A stretch of DNA of 32,000 nucleotides, taken from the NCBI RefSeq assembly GCF_001598795.1, contig NZ_BCZP01000001.1:330001-362000 (forward strand), written 5' to 3'. Positions 9,384-18,949 of the stretch are shown one piece after another (positions within the stretch are counted from its first letter, which is position 1; every line of letters starts with the position of its first letter). Source of the stretch: Delftia acidovorans NBRC 14950 (GTDB lineage Bacteria > Pseudomonadota > Gammaproteobacteria > Burkholderiales > Burkholderiaceae_C). Position numbers and translations under genes: made by a program. The notes under the pieces were generated by a model that did no database searches, was not told the DNA's origin, and was given only the letters and a program-made list of their open reading frames with translations.

Positions 9384-9413
9384 TGTACAGATGGAAGAGG
9401 GCTGCGCTAGAAT
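9384..9413 (+). promoter_or_regulatory. candidate sigma-70 promoter of the rpsF-priB-rpsR-rplI operon
   Basis: TGTACA (-35-like), an 18-bp spacer, then TAGAAT (-10), 67 nt upstream of the rpsF ATG. Confidence 0.35.
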
Positions 9414-9479
9414 CCAATGCTTTGCCTTGCCGCACCGCTACAAGACGCAGTGGGCGGCGTTTTCCCAAAAGGAGTCGAT

Positions 9480-9842
9480 ATGCGTCATTACGAAATCGTT
9501 TTGTTGATCCACCCGGATCAGAGCGAGCAGGTTCCCGCCATGCTGGAACGCTACAAGGGCATGATCACCGCTGGCGGTGGCAAGGTCCATCGCGAAGAAG
9601 ACTGGGGCCGTCGCCAACTGGCTTACATGATCAACAAGCTCGCCAAGGCCCACTACCTGTGCCTGAACATCGAAGCCGACCAGGCTGTGATGGCTGAGCT
9701 GGAGCATGCCTTCAAGTTCAACGATGCCGTGCTGCGTCACCTGACGGTTCAGAAGAAGAAGGCCGACACTGCGCCTTCCTCGATGATGAAGACCGTCGAG
9801 CGTGAAGAAGCCCGCAAGGCCAGCCAGACCGAACAGGCCTGA
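9480..9842 (+). CDS. rpsF: 30S ribosomal protein S6
   Basis: [27 protein letters not shown]... is preceded by AAGGAG 6 nt upstream. The track ORF start at 9417 is an upstream extension. Confidence 0.95.
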   Translation: MRHYEIVLLIHPDQSEQVPAMLERYKGMITAGGGKVHREEDWGRRQLAYMINKLAKAHYLCLNIEADQAVMAELEHAFKFNDAVLRHLTVQKKKADTAPSSMMKTVEREEARKASQTEQA

Positions 9843-9868
9843 GCCCAGCCCTTTCAGAACCTGAAGGA

Positions 9869-10159
9869 GTGGAGAACCACGTTGCACTGACGGCAGCCAT
9901 CGCAGAGCTTCAAGCACTGCGGTACACGCCGGCAGGGCTGCCCGCCCTTGAACTGCGACTCGAACACGCGTCGCGGCAAAAGGAAGCAGGAAGCGAACGC
10001 AGCGTGACGGCATCTGTCAAGGCGGTGGCCTTTGGCGCGCTGGCTGAAAAGCTGGCCCGCCAGGCGCTCGGCAGCCAGTGGAAGTTCCAAGGCTTCCTGG
10101 CAACGCCCCGCAACGGCAAATTGCTGGTTTTACACATCCAGGACATTCAACAAAACTAA
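9869..10159 (+). CDS. priB: primosomal replication protein N (PriB), single-strand DNA-binding fold
   Basis: 96 aa with a GTG start after GGAG. The motif LRYTPAGLPALELRLEH and the position between rpsF and rpsR are diagnostic for proteobacterial priB. Confidence 0.85.
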   Translation: MENHVALTAAIAELQALRYTPAGLPALELRLEHASRQKEAGSERSVTASVKAVAFGALAEKLARQALGSQWKFQGFLATPRNGKLLVLHIQDIQQN

Positions 10160-10177
10160 TTTTCAAGAGGTCCAGAA

Positions 10178-10459
10178 ATGGCCACGTTCAAGAAATTCAA
10201 CAAGGACAAGCGCCCCAAGCGCAACACGCAGTCGCTGCTGTTCAAGCGCAAGCGCTTCTGCCGCTTCACCGTCGCCGGCGTCGAAGAAATCGACTACAAG
10301 GATGTGGACACCCTGCGTGACTTCATCGGTGAAAACGGCAAGATCGTGCCCGCTCGCCTGACCGGCACGCGCGCCATCTACCAGCGTCAGCTGAACACGG
10401 CCATCAAGCGCGCCCGCTTCCTGGCTCTGGTTCCTTACTCTGACCAGCACAAGATCTAA
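10178..10459 (+). CDS. rpsR: 30S ribosomal protein S18
   Basis: Contains [42 protein letters not shown]...[13 protein letters not shown]. Confidence 0.96.
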   Translation: MATFKKFNKDKRPKRNTQSLLFKRKRFCRFTVAGVEEIDYKDVDTLRDFIGENGKIVPARLTGTRAIYQRQLNTAIKRARFLALVPYSDQHKI

Positions 10460-10470
10460 GGAATACAACC

Positions 10471-10923
10471 ATGCAAGTCATTCTGCTCGACAAGGTTGTG
10501 AACCTCGGTGGCCTCGGCGACATCGTCAAGGTCAAAGACGGCTACGCCCGCAACTTCCTGATCCCCACGGGCGCTGCCCGTCGTGCCACGGCTTCCGCCA
10601 AGGCCGAGTTCGAAGCCAAGCGCGTCGAACTGGAAAAGCAAGCGGCTGAAAAGCTGGCTGCTGCTCAGCAACTGGGCGAAAAGCTCAACGGCGCAAACGT
10701 CAAGCTGACCCAGAAGGCTGGCGTTGACGGCCGCCTGTTCGGCTCGGTGACCAACGCCGACATCGCCGAAGAACTGACCAAGGCCGGCTTTGCCGTCGCC
10801 AAGTCGCAAGTTCGCCTGGTCAACGGTCCCATCAAGACCGTGGGCGACGCCACCGTGGTCGTGGCACTGCACACCGACGTCAGCGTCGAAGTGACGGTGT
10901 CGGTCTACGGCGACCACTCCTGA
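10471..10923 (+). CDS. rplI: 50S ribosomal protein L9
   Basis: [32 protein letters not shown]..., 150 aa. Confidence 0.96.
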   Translation: MQVILLDKVVNLGGLGDIVKVKDGYARNFLIPTGAARRATASAKAEFEAKRVELEKQAAEKLAAAQQLGEKLNGANVKLTQKAGVDGRLFGSVTNADIAEELTKAGFAVAKSQVRLVNGPIKTVGDATVVVALHTDVSVEVTVSVYGDHS

Positions 10924-10946
10924 TCCGGGGCTTGTCCCGTATCACC

Positions 10947-10972
10947 AAAAAGCCGCCTTAGGGCGGCTTTTT
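10947..10972 (+). terminator. intrinsic terminator after rplI
   Basis: AAAAAGCCGCC-TTAG-GGCGGCTTTTT. Confidence 0.8.
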
Positions 10973-11055
10973 GCTTTGCCGTGCCAGGGTGATGACGCCG
11001 GGTGGCGCGGCCTTTTGCCAGCCGCTACGATGGCGGGCTCATCTCCAGGAATTCC

Positions 11056-12489
11056 ATGTCGTCCGTAATGCCCCCACTCGATCTCGATGATGCGTTCGCA
11101 CCGCTGCCTGCTGGCGACCAGCAGGTGGCCCAGTTGCGCGTGCCGCCGCATTCGATGGAGTCCGAGTCCAGCGTTCTAGGGGGGCTGCTGCTGGACAACA
11201 ACGCCTGGGAGCGTGTTGGTGATCTGCTGGTGGATGGTGATTTCTACCGCCATGAGCACAAGCTGATCTACGAGGCCATCGGCAAGCTGATCAACGGCAG
11301 CAAGCCGGCCGATGTGATCACGGTCTACGAGCATTTGCAGAGCATGGGCAAGGCCGAGGAAATCGGCGGGCTGCTGTACCTGAACCAGCTGGCGCAGTAC
11401 GTGCCCAGCGCCACCAACATCCGGCGCTATGCGGAGATCGTGCGGGAGCGCTCCATCCTGCGCAAACTGGTGACCGCCAGCGACGACATCGCCACCAATG
11501 CCTTCAATCCGCAGGGCAAGACGGTCGATCGCATTCTGGACGAGGCCGAGCAGAAGATCCTGGCTATCGGCGAGGAGGGTGCGCGCAACAAGCAGGGCTT
11601 CCAGTCGCTCGACACGCTGGTGGTGGACCTGCTGGACCGTGTTCAGGAGATGGCCGACAACCCCATGGACGTGACCGGCGTGCCCACGGGTTTCGTCGAT
11701 CTGGACCGCATGACCAGCGGCTTGCAGGCCGGTGACCTGGTGGTGCTGGCTGCCCGTCCCTCGATGGGCAAGACCTCGTTTGCGGTGAATATCGCCGAGC
11801 ATGTGGCGCTCAACGAGGGCCTGCCGGTCGCCATTTTCTCCATGGAAATGGGCGCGGCCCAGCTGGCGGTTCGTATCGTCGGCTCCATCGGCCGCGTCAA
11901 CCAGGGCAATCTGCGCACGGGCAAGCTCAACGACGACGAGTGGCCGCGCCTGACGGAAGCCATCGAGCGGCTGCGCACGGTATCCCTGCACATCGACGAG
12001 ACACCGGGCCTGTCCCCCACGGAACTGCGCGCCAATGCGCGGCGCCTGGCGCGCACCTGCGGCAAGCTGGGCCTGATCGTGGTGGACTATTTGCAGCTGA
12101 TGAGTGGCTCGGGCTCGGCCGCCAGTTCCGACAACCGTGCGACCGAGCTGGGCGAGATTTCGCGGGGCTTGAAAATGCTGGCCAAGGAACTGCAGTGCCC
12201 GGTGATTGCCCTGTCACAGCTCAACCGCTCGGTGGAGCAGCGCACCGACAAGCGTCCCATGATGTCCGACCTGCGCGAATCGGGTGCCATCGAGCAGGAT
12301 GCCGACATCATCATGTTCATCTACCGTGATGACTACTACAACAAGGACAGCAAGGAGCCGAACATTGCCGAAGTCATCATCGGCAAGCAACGTAACGGTC
12401 CCACGGGAACGGTGAAGGTGTTCTTCCAGAAGAACCAGACGCGTTTCGAGAACCTGGCTGTGGGCTACGGTGGCGGCGACGAGTACTGA
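11056..12489 (+). CDS. dnaB: replicative DNA helicase DnaB
   Basis: Contains PPHSMESESSVLGGLLLDN, a Walker A (ARPSMGKTSFAVN), and LIVVDYLQLM, SRGLKMLAKEL..PVIALSQLNR, IIGKQRNGPTG. The start is ambiguous: the ATG at 11056 is preceded by AGGAA, while the track ORF begins at a GTG at 11002. Confidence 0.93.
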   Translation: MSSVMPPLDLDDAFAPLPAGDQQVAQLRVPPHSMESESSVLGGLLLDNNAWERVGDLLVDGDFYRHEHKLIYEAIGKLINGSKPADVITVYEHLQSMGKAEEIGGLLYLNQLAQYVPSATNIRRYAEIVRERSILRKLVTASDDIATNAFNPQGKTVDRILDEAEQKILAIGEEGARNKQGFQSLDTLVVDLLDRVQEMADNPMDVTGVPTGFVDLDRMTSGLQAGDLVVLAARPSMGKTSFAVNIAEHVALNEGLPVAIFSMEMGAAQLAVRIVGSIGRVNQGNLRTGKLNDDEWPRLTEAIERLRTVSLHIDETPGLSPTELRANARRLARTCGKLGLIVVDYLQLMSGSGSAASSDNRATELGEISRGLKMLAKELQCPVIALSQLNRSVEQRTDKRPMMSDLRESGAIEQDADIIMFIYRDDYYNKDSKEPNIAEVIIGKQRNGPTGTVKVFFQKNQTRFENLAVGYGGGDEY

Positions 12490-12520
12490 CCGGGATACCC
12501 CGGCTTTGTGCCCGCAATGA

Positions 12521-12544
12521 AAAACGGCCCCGAGGGGCCGTTTG
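12521..12544. terminator. bidirectional intrinsic terminator between dnaB and the convergent small ORF
   Basis: AAAACGGCCC-CGAG-GGGCCGTTTG. Confidence 0.7.
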
Positions 12545-12562
12545 CTTTGGGGGGTTGGCGAT

Positions 12563-12961
12563 CTACATGCGCCAGACCTGGATCAGCAGGCCCGCCACGC
12601 AGACGCCAAGGATGGCGCATGCCCAGGCCAGCCGCTGGGCGCCCGTGCGCAGCGCGCCCACGGTGGCCACGATCTGGGCGTTCTGCTCTGCCAGCTTTTC
12701 GATCAATTCCAGCGACTGGCGCTGGGATTGTTCCAGTTGCACGATGCGTGCGTCCTGGGCCTGGATCAGCTGCAGCGCCTGTTCGCCAGCCGAGCGCGGC
12801 GGTGCCAGCGGCTCGACGGCCGCAGGATGCTGTGCATCGAGCTCCTGCGCAGCGTCCTTCTTGCGCAGCAGGTTCTTGGCGGCCTTGACGACCTGGGGCG
12901 TGGCCTCGATGACATCGCCCCAGGGCACCAGCTTCAACGCGGTGATCCAGCTGATCGCCAT
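12563..12961 (-). CDS. hypothetical tail-anchored coiled-coil protein (132 aa)
   Basis: Strong GC3 bias in this frame. It has a central Gln/Glu/Leu-rich heptad region (QALQLIQAQDARIVQLEQSQRQSLELIEKLAEQNAQIV) and one C-terminal TM helix (LAWACAILGVCVAGLLIQVW). Its ATG is 3 nt after the PhoH-like stop. I recognise no family. Confidence 0.6.
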   Translation of the reverse strand: MAISWITALKLVPWGDVIEATPQVVKAAKNLLRKKDAAQELDAQHPAAVEPLAPPRSAGEQALQLIQAQDARIVQLEQSQRQSLELIEKLAEQNAQIVATVGALRTGAQRLAWACAILGVCVAGLLIQVWRM

Positions 12962-12964
12962 GGC

Positions 12965-14776
12965 TTAGAGCACCTCGCTGGCGAAGTCTGCCAGGCGCGA
13001 ACGCTCGCCGCGCGCCAGCGTAATGTGGCCGCTGTGCGGCCAGCCCTTGAAACGGTCCACGGCGTAGGTCAGGCCCGAGGAGCCTTCGGTCAGGTAGGGC
13101 GTATCGATCTGCGCCAGATTGCCCATGCAGATGATCTTGGTGCCGGGGCCGGCGCGCGTGATCAGGGTCTTCATCTGCTTGGGCGTCAGGTTCTGGGCCT
13201 CGTCGATGATGACGTACTTGTTCAGGAAGGTGCGGCCGCGCATGAAGTTCATGCTCTTGATCTTGATGCGGCTGCGGATCAGCTCATTGGTGGCCGCGCG
13301 GCCCCATTCGCCGGCATTGCCGCCATCGCCCTTGGCCAGGAATTCGAGGTTGTCGTCGAGGGCGCCCATCCAGGGACCCATCTTCTCTTCCTCGGTGCCG
13401 GGCAGGAAGCCGATGTCCTCGCCCACGCTCACCGTGGCGCGCGTCATGATGATCTCGGTGTAGCGGCGATCGTCCAGCACCTGGGACAGGCCGGCAGCCA
13501 GGGCCAGCAGGGTCTTGCCGGTGCCGGCCGTGCCGGTCAGCGTGACCAGGTCAATGTCCGGGTTCATCAGCAGGTTCATCGCGAAGTTCTGTTCGCGGTT
13601 GCGTGCCGTGACGCCCCAGACGGCGTACTTGGGATTGCCGAAGTCCTTGAGCGTCTTGAGCACGGCCGTCTTGTCGCGGATCTCGGTCACGCGCATGAAC
13701 AGGCTGGGCTCGCCGGGTGCCTCGTGGTAGACGAACTGGTTGATCATCAGCTGGTCGACGATGGCACCGCTGATGCGGTAGTAGGTGATGGCGCCTTCCT
13801 GCCAGCTCTCGACGTTCTTGCCCGCCTTGGCCCAGAAGTCCTGGGGCAGGGCCAGGGCGCCTGCGTACAGCAGGTCGCCGTCGTCCAGTACCTTGTCGTT
13901 CTGGTAGTCCTCGGCCGCCAGGCCCAGCGCGCGTGCCTTGACGCGCATGTTGATGTCCTTGGACACCAGCACGACTTCGCGCTCGCTGAACTTCTTGCGC
14001 AGAGCGGCGACCACGCCCAGGATCTGGTTGTCCGCCTTGCCCTGGGGCAGGCTGTCGGGCAGCGAGGTCTCCAGCGGTTCCGTCTGGAAATACAGCATGC
14101 CCGTGGCGCTGCGCTGGCCCGTGGCATTCAGCGGCAGGCCCTTGTCCAGCGTTTCGGAGGGCTGGGAGGCGACCAGCGAATCCAGCGTGCGGCTGACCTG
14201 GCGGCCGTTGCGCGCCACTTCGGTCATGCCCTTCTTGTGGCCGTCGAGTTCTTCCAGCACCACCATGGGCAGGAAGATGTCGTGTTCCTCGAAGCGGAAC
14301 AGGCTGGTCGGGTCGTGCAGCAGCACGTTGGTGTCGAGCACGAACAGCGTCTTCGGTCCTGTGCGCGTGCGGCGCGGGCGTACCGGCGCTGCCAGCAGTG
14401 CTGCCGGCTTGGCTTCTGTGGACGACCTGTTGGCCGAGCGGGCGCTGGATGGCGCTGCCGTTGCTTTGGAATTGTCGGTTGCGCGGCGCTGCCGATTGGC
14501 AGGGGCTGCAGTCGCGGGCGCAGGAGCCGGTGCCGGTGATGCGGGCTTGGTGTTGCGGCCGCGCGCCGGTGCGGGCTTTGCAGCTGTGGCGGTGTTGTTG
14601 GAGGCGGGGGCTGGGGCCGGCTTGCGCTTGCGCGTCGCGGCGGCAGCTACGGCCTCGGCTGCATCGGGAAGATCGTCAGCGGGCAGGGGGTCTGCGTGCT
14701 GGGCACCGCGCACGGGAAGAAAGGCTTCGGGGGAGAGCTTGGCGGCACGGCGGCCGGGTGCGGGGGGCAGGGGCAT
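12965..14776 (-). CDS. PIN-domain / PhoH-like ATPase fusion (YlaK/COG1875-type) with a long disordered basic N-terminal extension
   Basis: PIN acidic motifs (LFVLDTNVLL, VVLEELDGHKKG, SKDINMRVKA), then PhoH Walker A (GTAGTGKT) and Walker B (VIIDEAQNL), ending DFASEVL. The first ~140 aa are Ala/Pro/Lys/Arg-rich low complexity. The ATG at 14776 is preferred over the TTG at 14797. Confidence 0.88.
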   Translation of the reverse strand: MPLPPAPGRRAAKLSPEAFLPVRGAQHADPLPADDLPDAAEAVAAAATRKRKPAPAPASNNTATAAKPAPARGRNTKPASPAPAPAPATAAPANRQRRATDNSKATAAPSSARSANRSSTEAKPAALLAAPVRPRRTRTGPKTLFVLDTNVLLHDPTSLFRFEEHDIFLPMVVLEELDGHKKGMTEVARNGRQVSRTLDSLVASQPSETLDKGLPLNATGQRSATGMLYFQTEPLETSLPDSLPQGKADNQILGVVAALRKKFSEREVVLVSKDINMRVKARALGLAAEDYQNDKVLDDGDLLYAGALALPQDFWAKAGKNVESWQEGAITYYRISGAIVDQLMINQFVYHEAPGEPSLFMRVTEIRDKTAVLKTLKDFGNPKYAVWGVTARNREQNFAMNLLMNPDIDLVTLTGTAGTGKTLLALAAGLSQVLDDRRYTEIIMTRATVSVGEDIGFLPGTEEEKMGPWMGALDDNLEFLAKGDGGNAGEWGRAATNELIRSRIKIKSMNFMRGRTFLNKYVIIDEAQNLTPKQMKTLITRAGPGTKIICMGNLAQIDTPYLTEGSSGLTYAVDRFKGWPHSGHITLARGERSRLADFASEVL

Positions 14777-14814
14777 AGTGGACGAACCGTTCCTCAACAG
14801 GGATCAAAAAGCAC

Positions 14815-14842
14815 AAAGCCGCCTGGAAACCGAGGCGGCTTT
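14815..14842 (-). terminator. intrinsic terminator after bcp
   Basis: AAAGCCGCCT-N8-AGGCGGCTTT, a 10-bp stem. On the reverse strand it is followed by GTGCTTTTTGA. Confidence 0.7.
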
Positions 14843-14952
14843 GGTGGGGTGACAGGGAAAAGCGTCTTTGCTAAGAGGCATCGTCCCATTATGCATAGGC
14901 TGATGGCCTGAATATGTCGGCCGGCGCTTTGTCGCCTGTCAGATTGTCGCTA

Positions 14953-15438
14953 TCAGGCGGCCTGCTTCAGTGCCTTCAGGGTCTTGACAGCCTTGAGCAC
15001 CTCGTCAACGTGGCCGGGGACCTTCAGGCCGCGCCATTCCTGCACCAGCAGGCCATCGGTGCCCACCAGGAAGGTGGAACGCTCGATGCCCTTCACCTTC
15101 TTGCCGTACATGATCTTGTTCTTGACCACGCCGAACATGTGGCACATCTTCTCTTCCGTATCGGCGATGAGCTCGAACGGCAGTTCCAGCTTTTCCTTGA
15201 AGTCGTCGTGCGACTTCATGTTGTCGCGCGAGACGCCAAACACGGTGGCACCAGCTTTCACGAAGTCCTTGTACTTGTCGCGGAACTGCATGGCTTCAGT
15301 GGTACAGCCAGGCGTATTGTCCTTTGGGTAGAAATACAGGATCAGAATCTGGCCCGTGTGGGAGGTGTTGGTCACCTTGATCCCGCCGGTAGCGTTGGCT
15401 TCAAATTCGGGAAGGGGTTTGTTGACAACGATCGCCAT
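14953..15438 (-). CDS. bcp: thioredoxin-dependent thiol peroxidase (Bcp/PrxQ peroxiredoxin)
   Basis: MAIVVNKPLPEFEA...ILILYFYPKDNTPGCTTEA..FRD...F...GATVFGVSRD. The peroxidatic Cys lies in a PGCT context. The start is at 15438, not the track start at 15531. Confidence 0.9.
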   Translation of the reverse strand: MAIVVNKPLPEFEANATGGIKVTNTSHTGQILILYFYPKDNTPGCTTEAMQFRDKYKDFVKAGATVFGVSRDNMKSHDDFKEKLELPFELIADTEEKMCHMFGVVKNKIMYGKKVKGIERSTFLVGTDGLLVQEWRGLKVPGHVDEVLKAVKTLKALKQAA

Positions 15439-15576
15439 GCGCTTATATCTCTCGGGTGTAGTCGTTGAAATGCCGAGGGCCGTGTTTGTGTTTTTGCTTT
15501 TATCGGAAATGCCCCCAACCGCAACCTGCAATTTTACCCTGAAAACGGGATTTCACCCAATCAGGGGGCCAGGAGT

Positions 15577-15945
15577 CTACTCCAAGAGTAGGGCCGCGAC
15601 GACGTTACGGCCTTCGCTGGCAAGGATGTTGTAGGTGCGACACGCGGCCTGCGTGTCCATGCTTTCCAGGCCTATGCGCCGGGCCATGAGGGGGCGCAGC
15701 CAGGCCGCCGGCGGGAAGCGGTTGCGCTGGCCGCTGCCCAGGATGATGACCTCGGCATCCAGTTGGGACAGCGCCTCGAAATGCTCGGGCGTCAGGTCCT
15801 CGAAGCGGACGCAGTCCCAGGCCTGGCGCAGGCCCTTGGCGCCTACCAGCAGGCTGTGCTCGAATTTTTCCCTGTCCACGGCGACCCAGCCGGGGCCATA
15901 GCCCGTGATGCTCTGTGCTTCGGATTTGTCGGCGTGGAATTTCAT
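15577..15945 (-). CDS. Mth938-like (DUF498 / NDUFAF3-like) domain protein
   Basis: 122 aa starting MKFHADKSE, with ITGYGPGWVAV, VIILGSGQRNRFP and GLESMDTQAACRTYNILASEGRNVVAALL, which are characteristic of the family. Confidence 0.75.
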   Translation of the reverse strand: MKFHADKSEAQSITGYGPGWVAVDREKFEHSLLVGAKGLRQAWDCVRFEDLTPEHFEALSQLDAEVIILGSGQRNRFPPAAWLRPLMARRIGLESMDTQAACRTYNILASEGRNVVAALLLE

Positions 15946-16115
15946 GGATGAGGGTGGCGCGGTCTGCGCGATGGGGGTGGCCGCCACACGGCCGGGGCCA
16001 GGGCGATGCTGCATTGCGGAACTGTGGTCAAATTATAGGTTTCACCAGGGTGCATGGGGCACTTTGGCGTGCATGAAGGCCGCAAGCCCGCGCCGGCCAC
16101 TTTCATATTCTCAGC

Positions 16116-17351
16116 ATGAAAACCGTTCTCAAATCCGCAAAACTAGCCAACGTCTGTTATGACATCCGCGGGCCCATCATGGACGCGGCGAAGAAGATGG
16201 AAGAGGACGGGCAGAAGATCATCAAGCTCAATATCGGCAACCTGGCCGTGTTCGGCTTCGATGCCCCCGAGGAAGTGCAGCAGGACATGATCCGCAACCT
16301 GCCCAATTCGGCAGGCTACTCGGACAGCAAGGGCATCTTCGCGGCGCGCAAGGCCGTGATGCACGAGACCCAGCGCCAGGGCATCCTGGGCGTGACGCTG
16401 GACGATATCTACCTGGGCAATGGCGCATCCGAGCTGATCAGCCTGGCCACGAACGCGCTGCTGGACGACGGCGACGAGATGCTGCTGCCGGCGCCCGACT
16501 ATCCGCTGTGGACCGCCGTCACCAGCCTGTCGGGCGGCACGCCCGTGCACTATATGTGTGACGAGTCCAACGGCTGGATGCCCGACCTGGACGACATCCG
16601 TGCCAAGATCACGCCGCGCACCAAGGGCATCGTCGTCATCAATCCCAACAACCCGACGGGCGCCCTGTACAGCAAGCAGCTGCTGCAAAGCATCGTGGCG
16701 CTGGCCCGCGAGCATGGGCTGGTGATCTTTGCCGACGAGGTCTATGACAAGGTGCTGTACGACGATGTCGTGCACACGCCGCTCGCCAGCCTGTCCACCG
16801 ATGTGCTGACGCTGACCTTCAACTCGCTGTCCAAGGCCTATCGCAGCTGCGGCTACCGCGCCGGCTGGATGGTGGTCTCGGGCGACAAGAAGGCGGCCCG
16901 GGACTATATCGAGGGCCTGAATATGCTCTCCAACATGCGCCTGTGCGCCAATGTGCCCGGCCAATGGGCCGTGCAGACGGCGCTGGGCGGCCACCAGAGC
17001 ATCGACGAGCTGGTGCAGGAGGGCGGCCGGCTGCGCGTGCAGCGCGATCTGGCCCACAAGCTGATCACCGAAATCCCCGGCGTGAGCTGCGTCAAGCCGC
17101 AAGCCGCGCTGTATATGTTCCCGCGCCTGGACCCCGAGATCTACCCGATCAAGGATGACCAGGCGTTCTTCCTGGAAGTGCTGCAAGAGACCAAGGTCAT
17201 GCTGGTGCAGGGAACAGGCTTCAACTGGCCGCACCCCGACCATTTCCGCATCGTCTTCCTGCCGCACGACACCGACCTGCGTGAGGCCATCCGCCGTCTC
17301 GCAGTGTTCCTCGAGAAATACCGCAAGCGCCACGGCACGGACCGCGGCTGA
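16116..17351 (+). CDS. alaA: PLP-dependent glutamate-pyruvate (alanine) aminotransferase, AlaA/YfbQ type
   Basis: Collinear with E. coli AlaA as recalled: KLANVCYDIRGPI, KLNIGN...FGFDAP, PAPDYPLWTA, INPNNPTGA, the PLP lysine context FNSLSKAYR, RLCANVPGQ, and FNWPHPDHFRIV. It sits upstream of hom-thrC, as is usual in Burkholderiales. Confidence 0.88.
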   Translation: MKTVLKSAKLANVCYDIRGPIMDAAKKMEEDGQKIIKLNIGNLAVFGFDAPEEVQQDMIRNLPNSAGYSDSKGIFAARKAVMHETQRQGILGVTLDDIYLGNGASELISLATNALLDDGDEMLLPAPDYPLWTAVTSLSGGTPVHYMCDESNGWMPDLDDIRAKITPRTKGIVVINPNNPTGALYSKQLLQSIVALAREHGLVIFADEVYDKVLYDDVVHTPLASLSTDVLTLTFNSLSKAYRSCGYRAGWMVVSGDKKAARDYIEGLNMLSNMRLCANVPGQWAVQTALGGHQSIDELVQEGGRLRVQRDLAHKLITEIPGVSCVKPQAALYMFPRLDPEIYPIKDDQAFFLEVLQETKVMLVQGTGFNWPHPDHFRIVFLPHDTDLREAIRRLAVFLEKYRKRHGTDRG

Positions 17352-17359
17352 GCTGTGCG

Positions 17360-17400
17360 GGCCGGTGGAGGAGAGGGCCTTCCGCCGGCCATTGCTTTTT
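17360..17400 (+). terminator. possible terminator or attenuating hairpin after alaA
   Basis: GGCCGGTGGA...TCCGCCGGCC stem (one G-U pair), followed by ATTGCTTTTT. Confidence 0.45.
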
Positions 17401-17459
17401 ACCGGCTGCCGGCGCGCACCCTCTGGGCGCCGCAGCGTTTTTTGACTGGCAAGTAGTTT

Positions 17460-18809
17460 ATGAAACCGATCCAAGTAGGCCTTCTGGGCATTGGCACCGT
17501 GGGCAGCGGCACCTTCAACGTGCTGCAGCGCAATCAGGAAGAGATCCGCCGCCGTGCGGGCCGCGGTATTGAGATTGCCATGGTGGCCGACCTGGATACG
17601 GAACGCGCCCGCTCCGTCGTGGGCGACACGGCCAAGGTGGTCGGCGATGCGCGCGAGATCATCGCTAACCCCGAGATCGACGTGGTGATCGAGCTGATCG
17701 GCGGCTACGGCATTGCCAAGGCCCTGGTGCTGGAAGCCATTGCCGCCGGCAAGCATGTGGTCACGGCCAACAAGGCCCTGCTGGCCGTGCATGGCAGCGA
17801 AATCTTCAAGGCCGCCGCCGAGAAGGGCGTGATGGTGGCCTACGAAGCGGCCGTGGCCGGTGGCATTCCCATCATCAAGGCGCTGCGCGAAGGCCTGACG
17901 GCCAACCAGATCCAGTGGGTGGCCGGCATCATCAACGGCACGACCAACTTCATCCTGTCCGAAATGCGCGACAAGGGCCTGGACTTCGATGTGGTGCTCA
18001 AGGAAGCCCAGCGCCTGGGCTATGCCGAAGCCGACCCGACCTTCGACATCGAAGGCGTGGACGCCGCCCACAAGGTCACGCTGATGAGCGCCATCGCCTT
18101 CGGCATTCCCGTGCAGTTCGACAAGGCGCATGTGGAAGGCATCACCAAGCTGTCTGCGGCCGACATCAAGTACGCCGAGCAACTGGGCTACCGCATCAAG
18201 CTGCTGGGCATCACCAAGCGCACGGACAAGGGTATCGAGCTGCGCGTGCACCCCAGCCTGGTGCCGACCAAGCGCCTGATCGCGAACGTGGAAGGCGCGA
18301 TGAACGCCGTCGTCGTGCATGGCGACGCCGTGGGCACCACGCTGTACTACGGCAAGGGCGCGGGCTCCGAGCCCACGGCCAGCGCCGTGATCGCCGATCT
18401 GGTGGACATCGCCCGCCTGCACACGGCCGATCCCGAGCACCGCGTGCCCCCGCTGGCCTTCCAGTCGAACACGCTGGTCGCCGCAGGTGGCGAGCTGCCC
18501 GTGCTGCCCATGAGCGAGGTGGTCACCAGCTACTACCTGCGCATCCGCGTGGCCGACGAAGCCGGTGTGCTGGCCAAGATCACCAGCATCCTCGCGGGCA
18601 TGGGCATCAGCATCGACGCCCTGCTGCAGCGAGAGGCCGGCGAAGTGAGCGGCGACAGCGAAGGCAGCCAGGGCGTGCCGCAGACCGACCTGATCATCCT
18701 GACCCATGCCACGCGTGAAGGCGATATGGACACGGCCCTGGCCCAGATCCAGCAACTGCCCACGGTGCTGGCCCCTATCAACCGCATCCGCAAGGAAGAG
18801 TTGAACTAA
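17460..18809 (+). CDS. hom: homoserine dehydrogenase
   Basis: NAD-binding N-terminus (VGLLGIGTVGSG), the catalytic region (GIINGTTNFILS, LGYAEADPTFDIEG.DAAHK), and a C-terminal ACT domain (YYLRIRVADEAGVLAKITSILA). Confidence 0.95.
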   Translation: MKPIQVGLLGIGTVGSGTFNVLQRNQEEIRRRAGRGIEIAMVADLDTERARSVVGDTAKVVGDAREIIANPEIDVVIELIGGYGIAKALVLEAIAAGKHVVTANKALLAVHGSEIFKAAAEKGVMVAYEAAVAGGIPIIKALREGLTANQIQWVAGIINGTTNFILSEMRDKGLDFDVVLKEAQRLGYAEADPTFDIEGVDAAHKVTLMSAIAFGIPVQFDKAHVEGITKLSAADIKYAEQLGYRIKLLGITKRTDKGIELRVHPSLVPTKRLIANVEGAMNAVVVHGDAVGTTLYYGKGAGSEPTASAVIADLVDIARLHTADPEHRVPPLAFQSNTLVAAGGELPVLPMSEVVTSYYLRIRVADEAGVLAKITSILAGMGISIDALLQREAGEVSGDSEGSQGVPQTDLIILTHATREGDMDTALAQIQQLPTVLAPINRIRKEELN

Positions 18810-18949
18810 GACACCCCCTGAGCGGCTGCGCCGCTTCCCCCTCTCTCGCACGCGGGAGGGGGACGACGCCCTCGCTGCGGGGCGGCCCTTGCTCGGCATC
18901 CCTGGCATCGGCCGCGCCCCGTCTCACAGAATACTGACGAGGAAGCGAC

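Noticed and set aside
9414-9479. Possible S6:S18-binding leader structure in the rpsF 5' UTR.
   Set aside because: Only a short bulged hairpin (GCCGCAC ... GTG-GG-CGGC) can be drawn. I cannot match it to the published motif without a covariance model, so the evidence is too weak to call.
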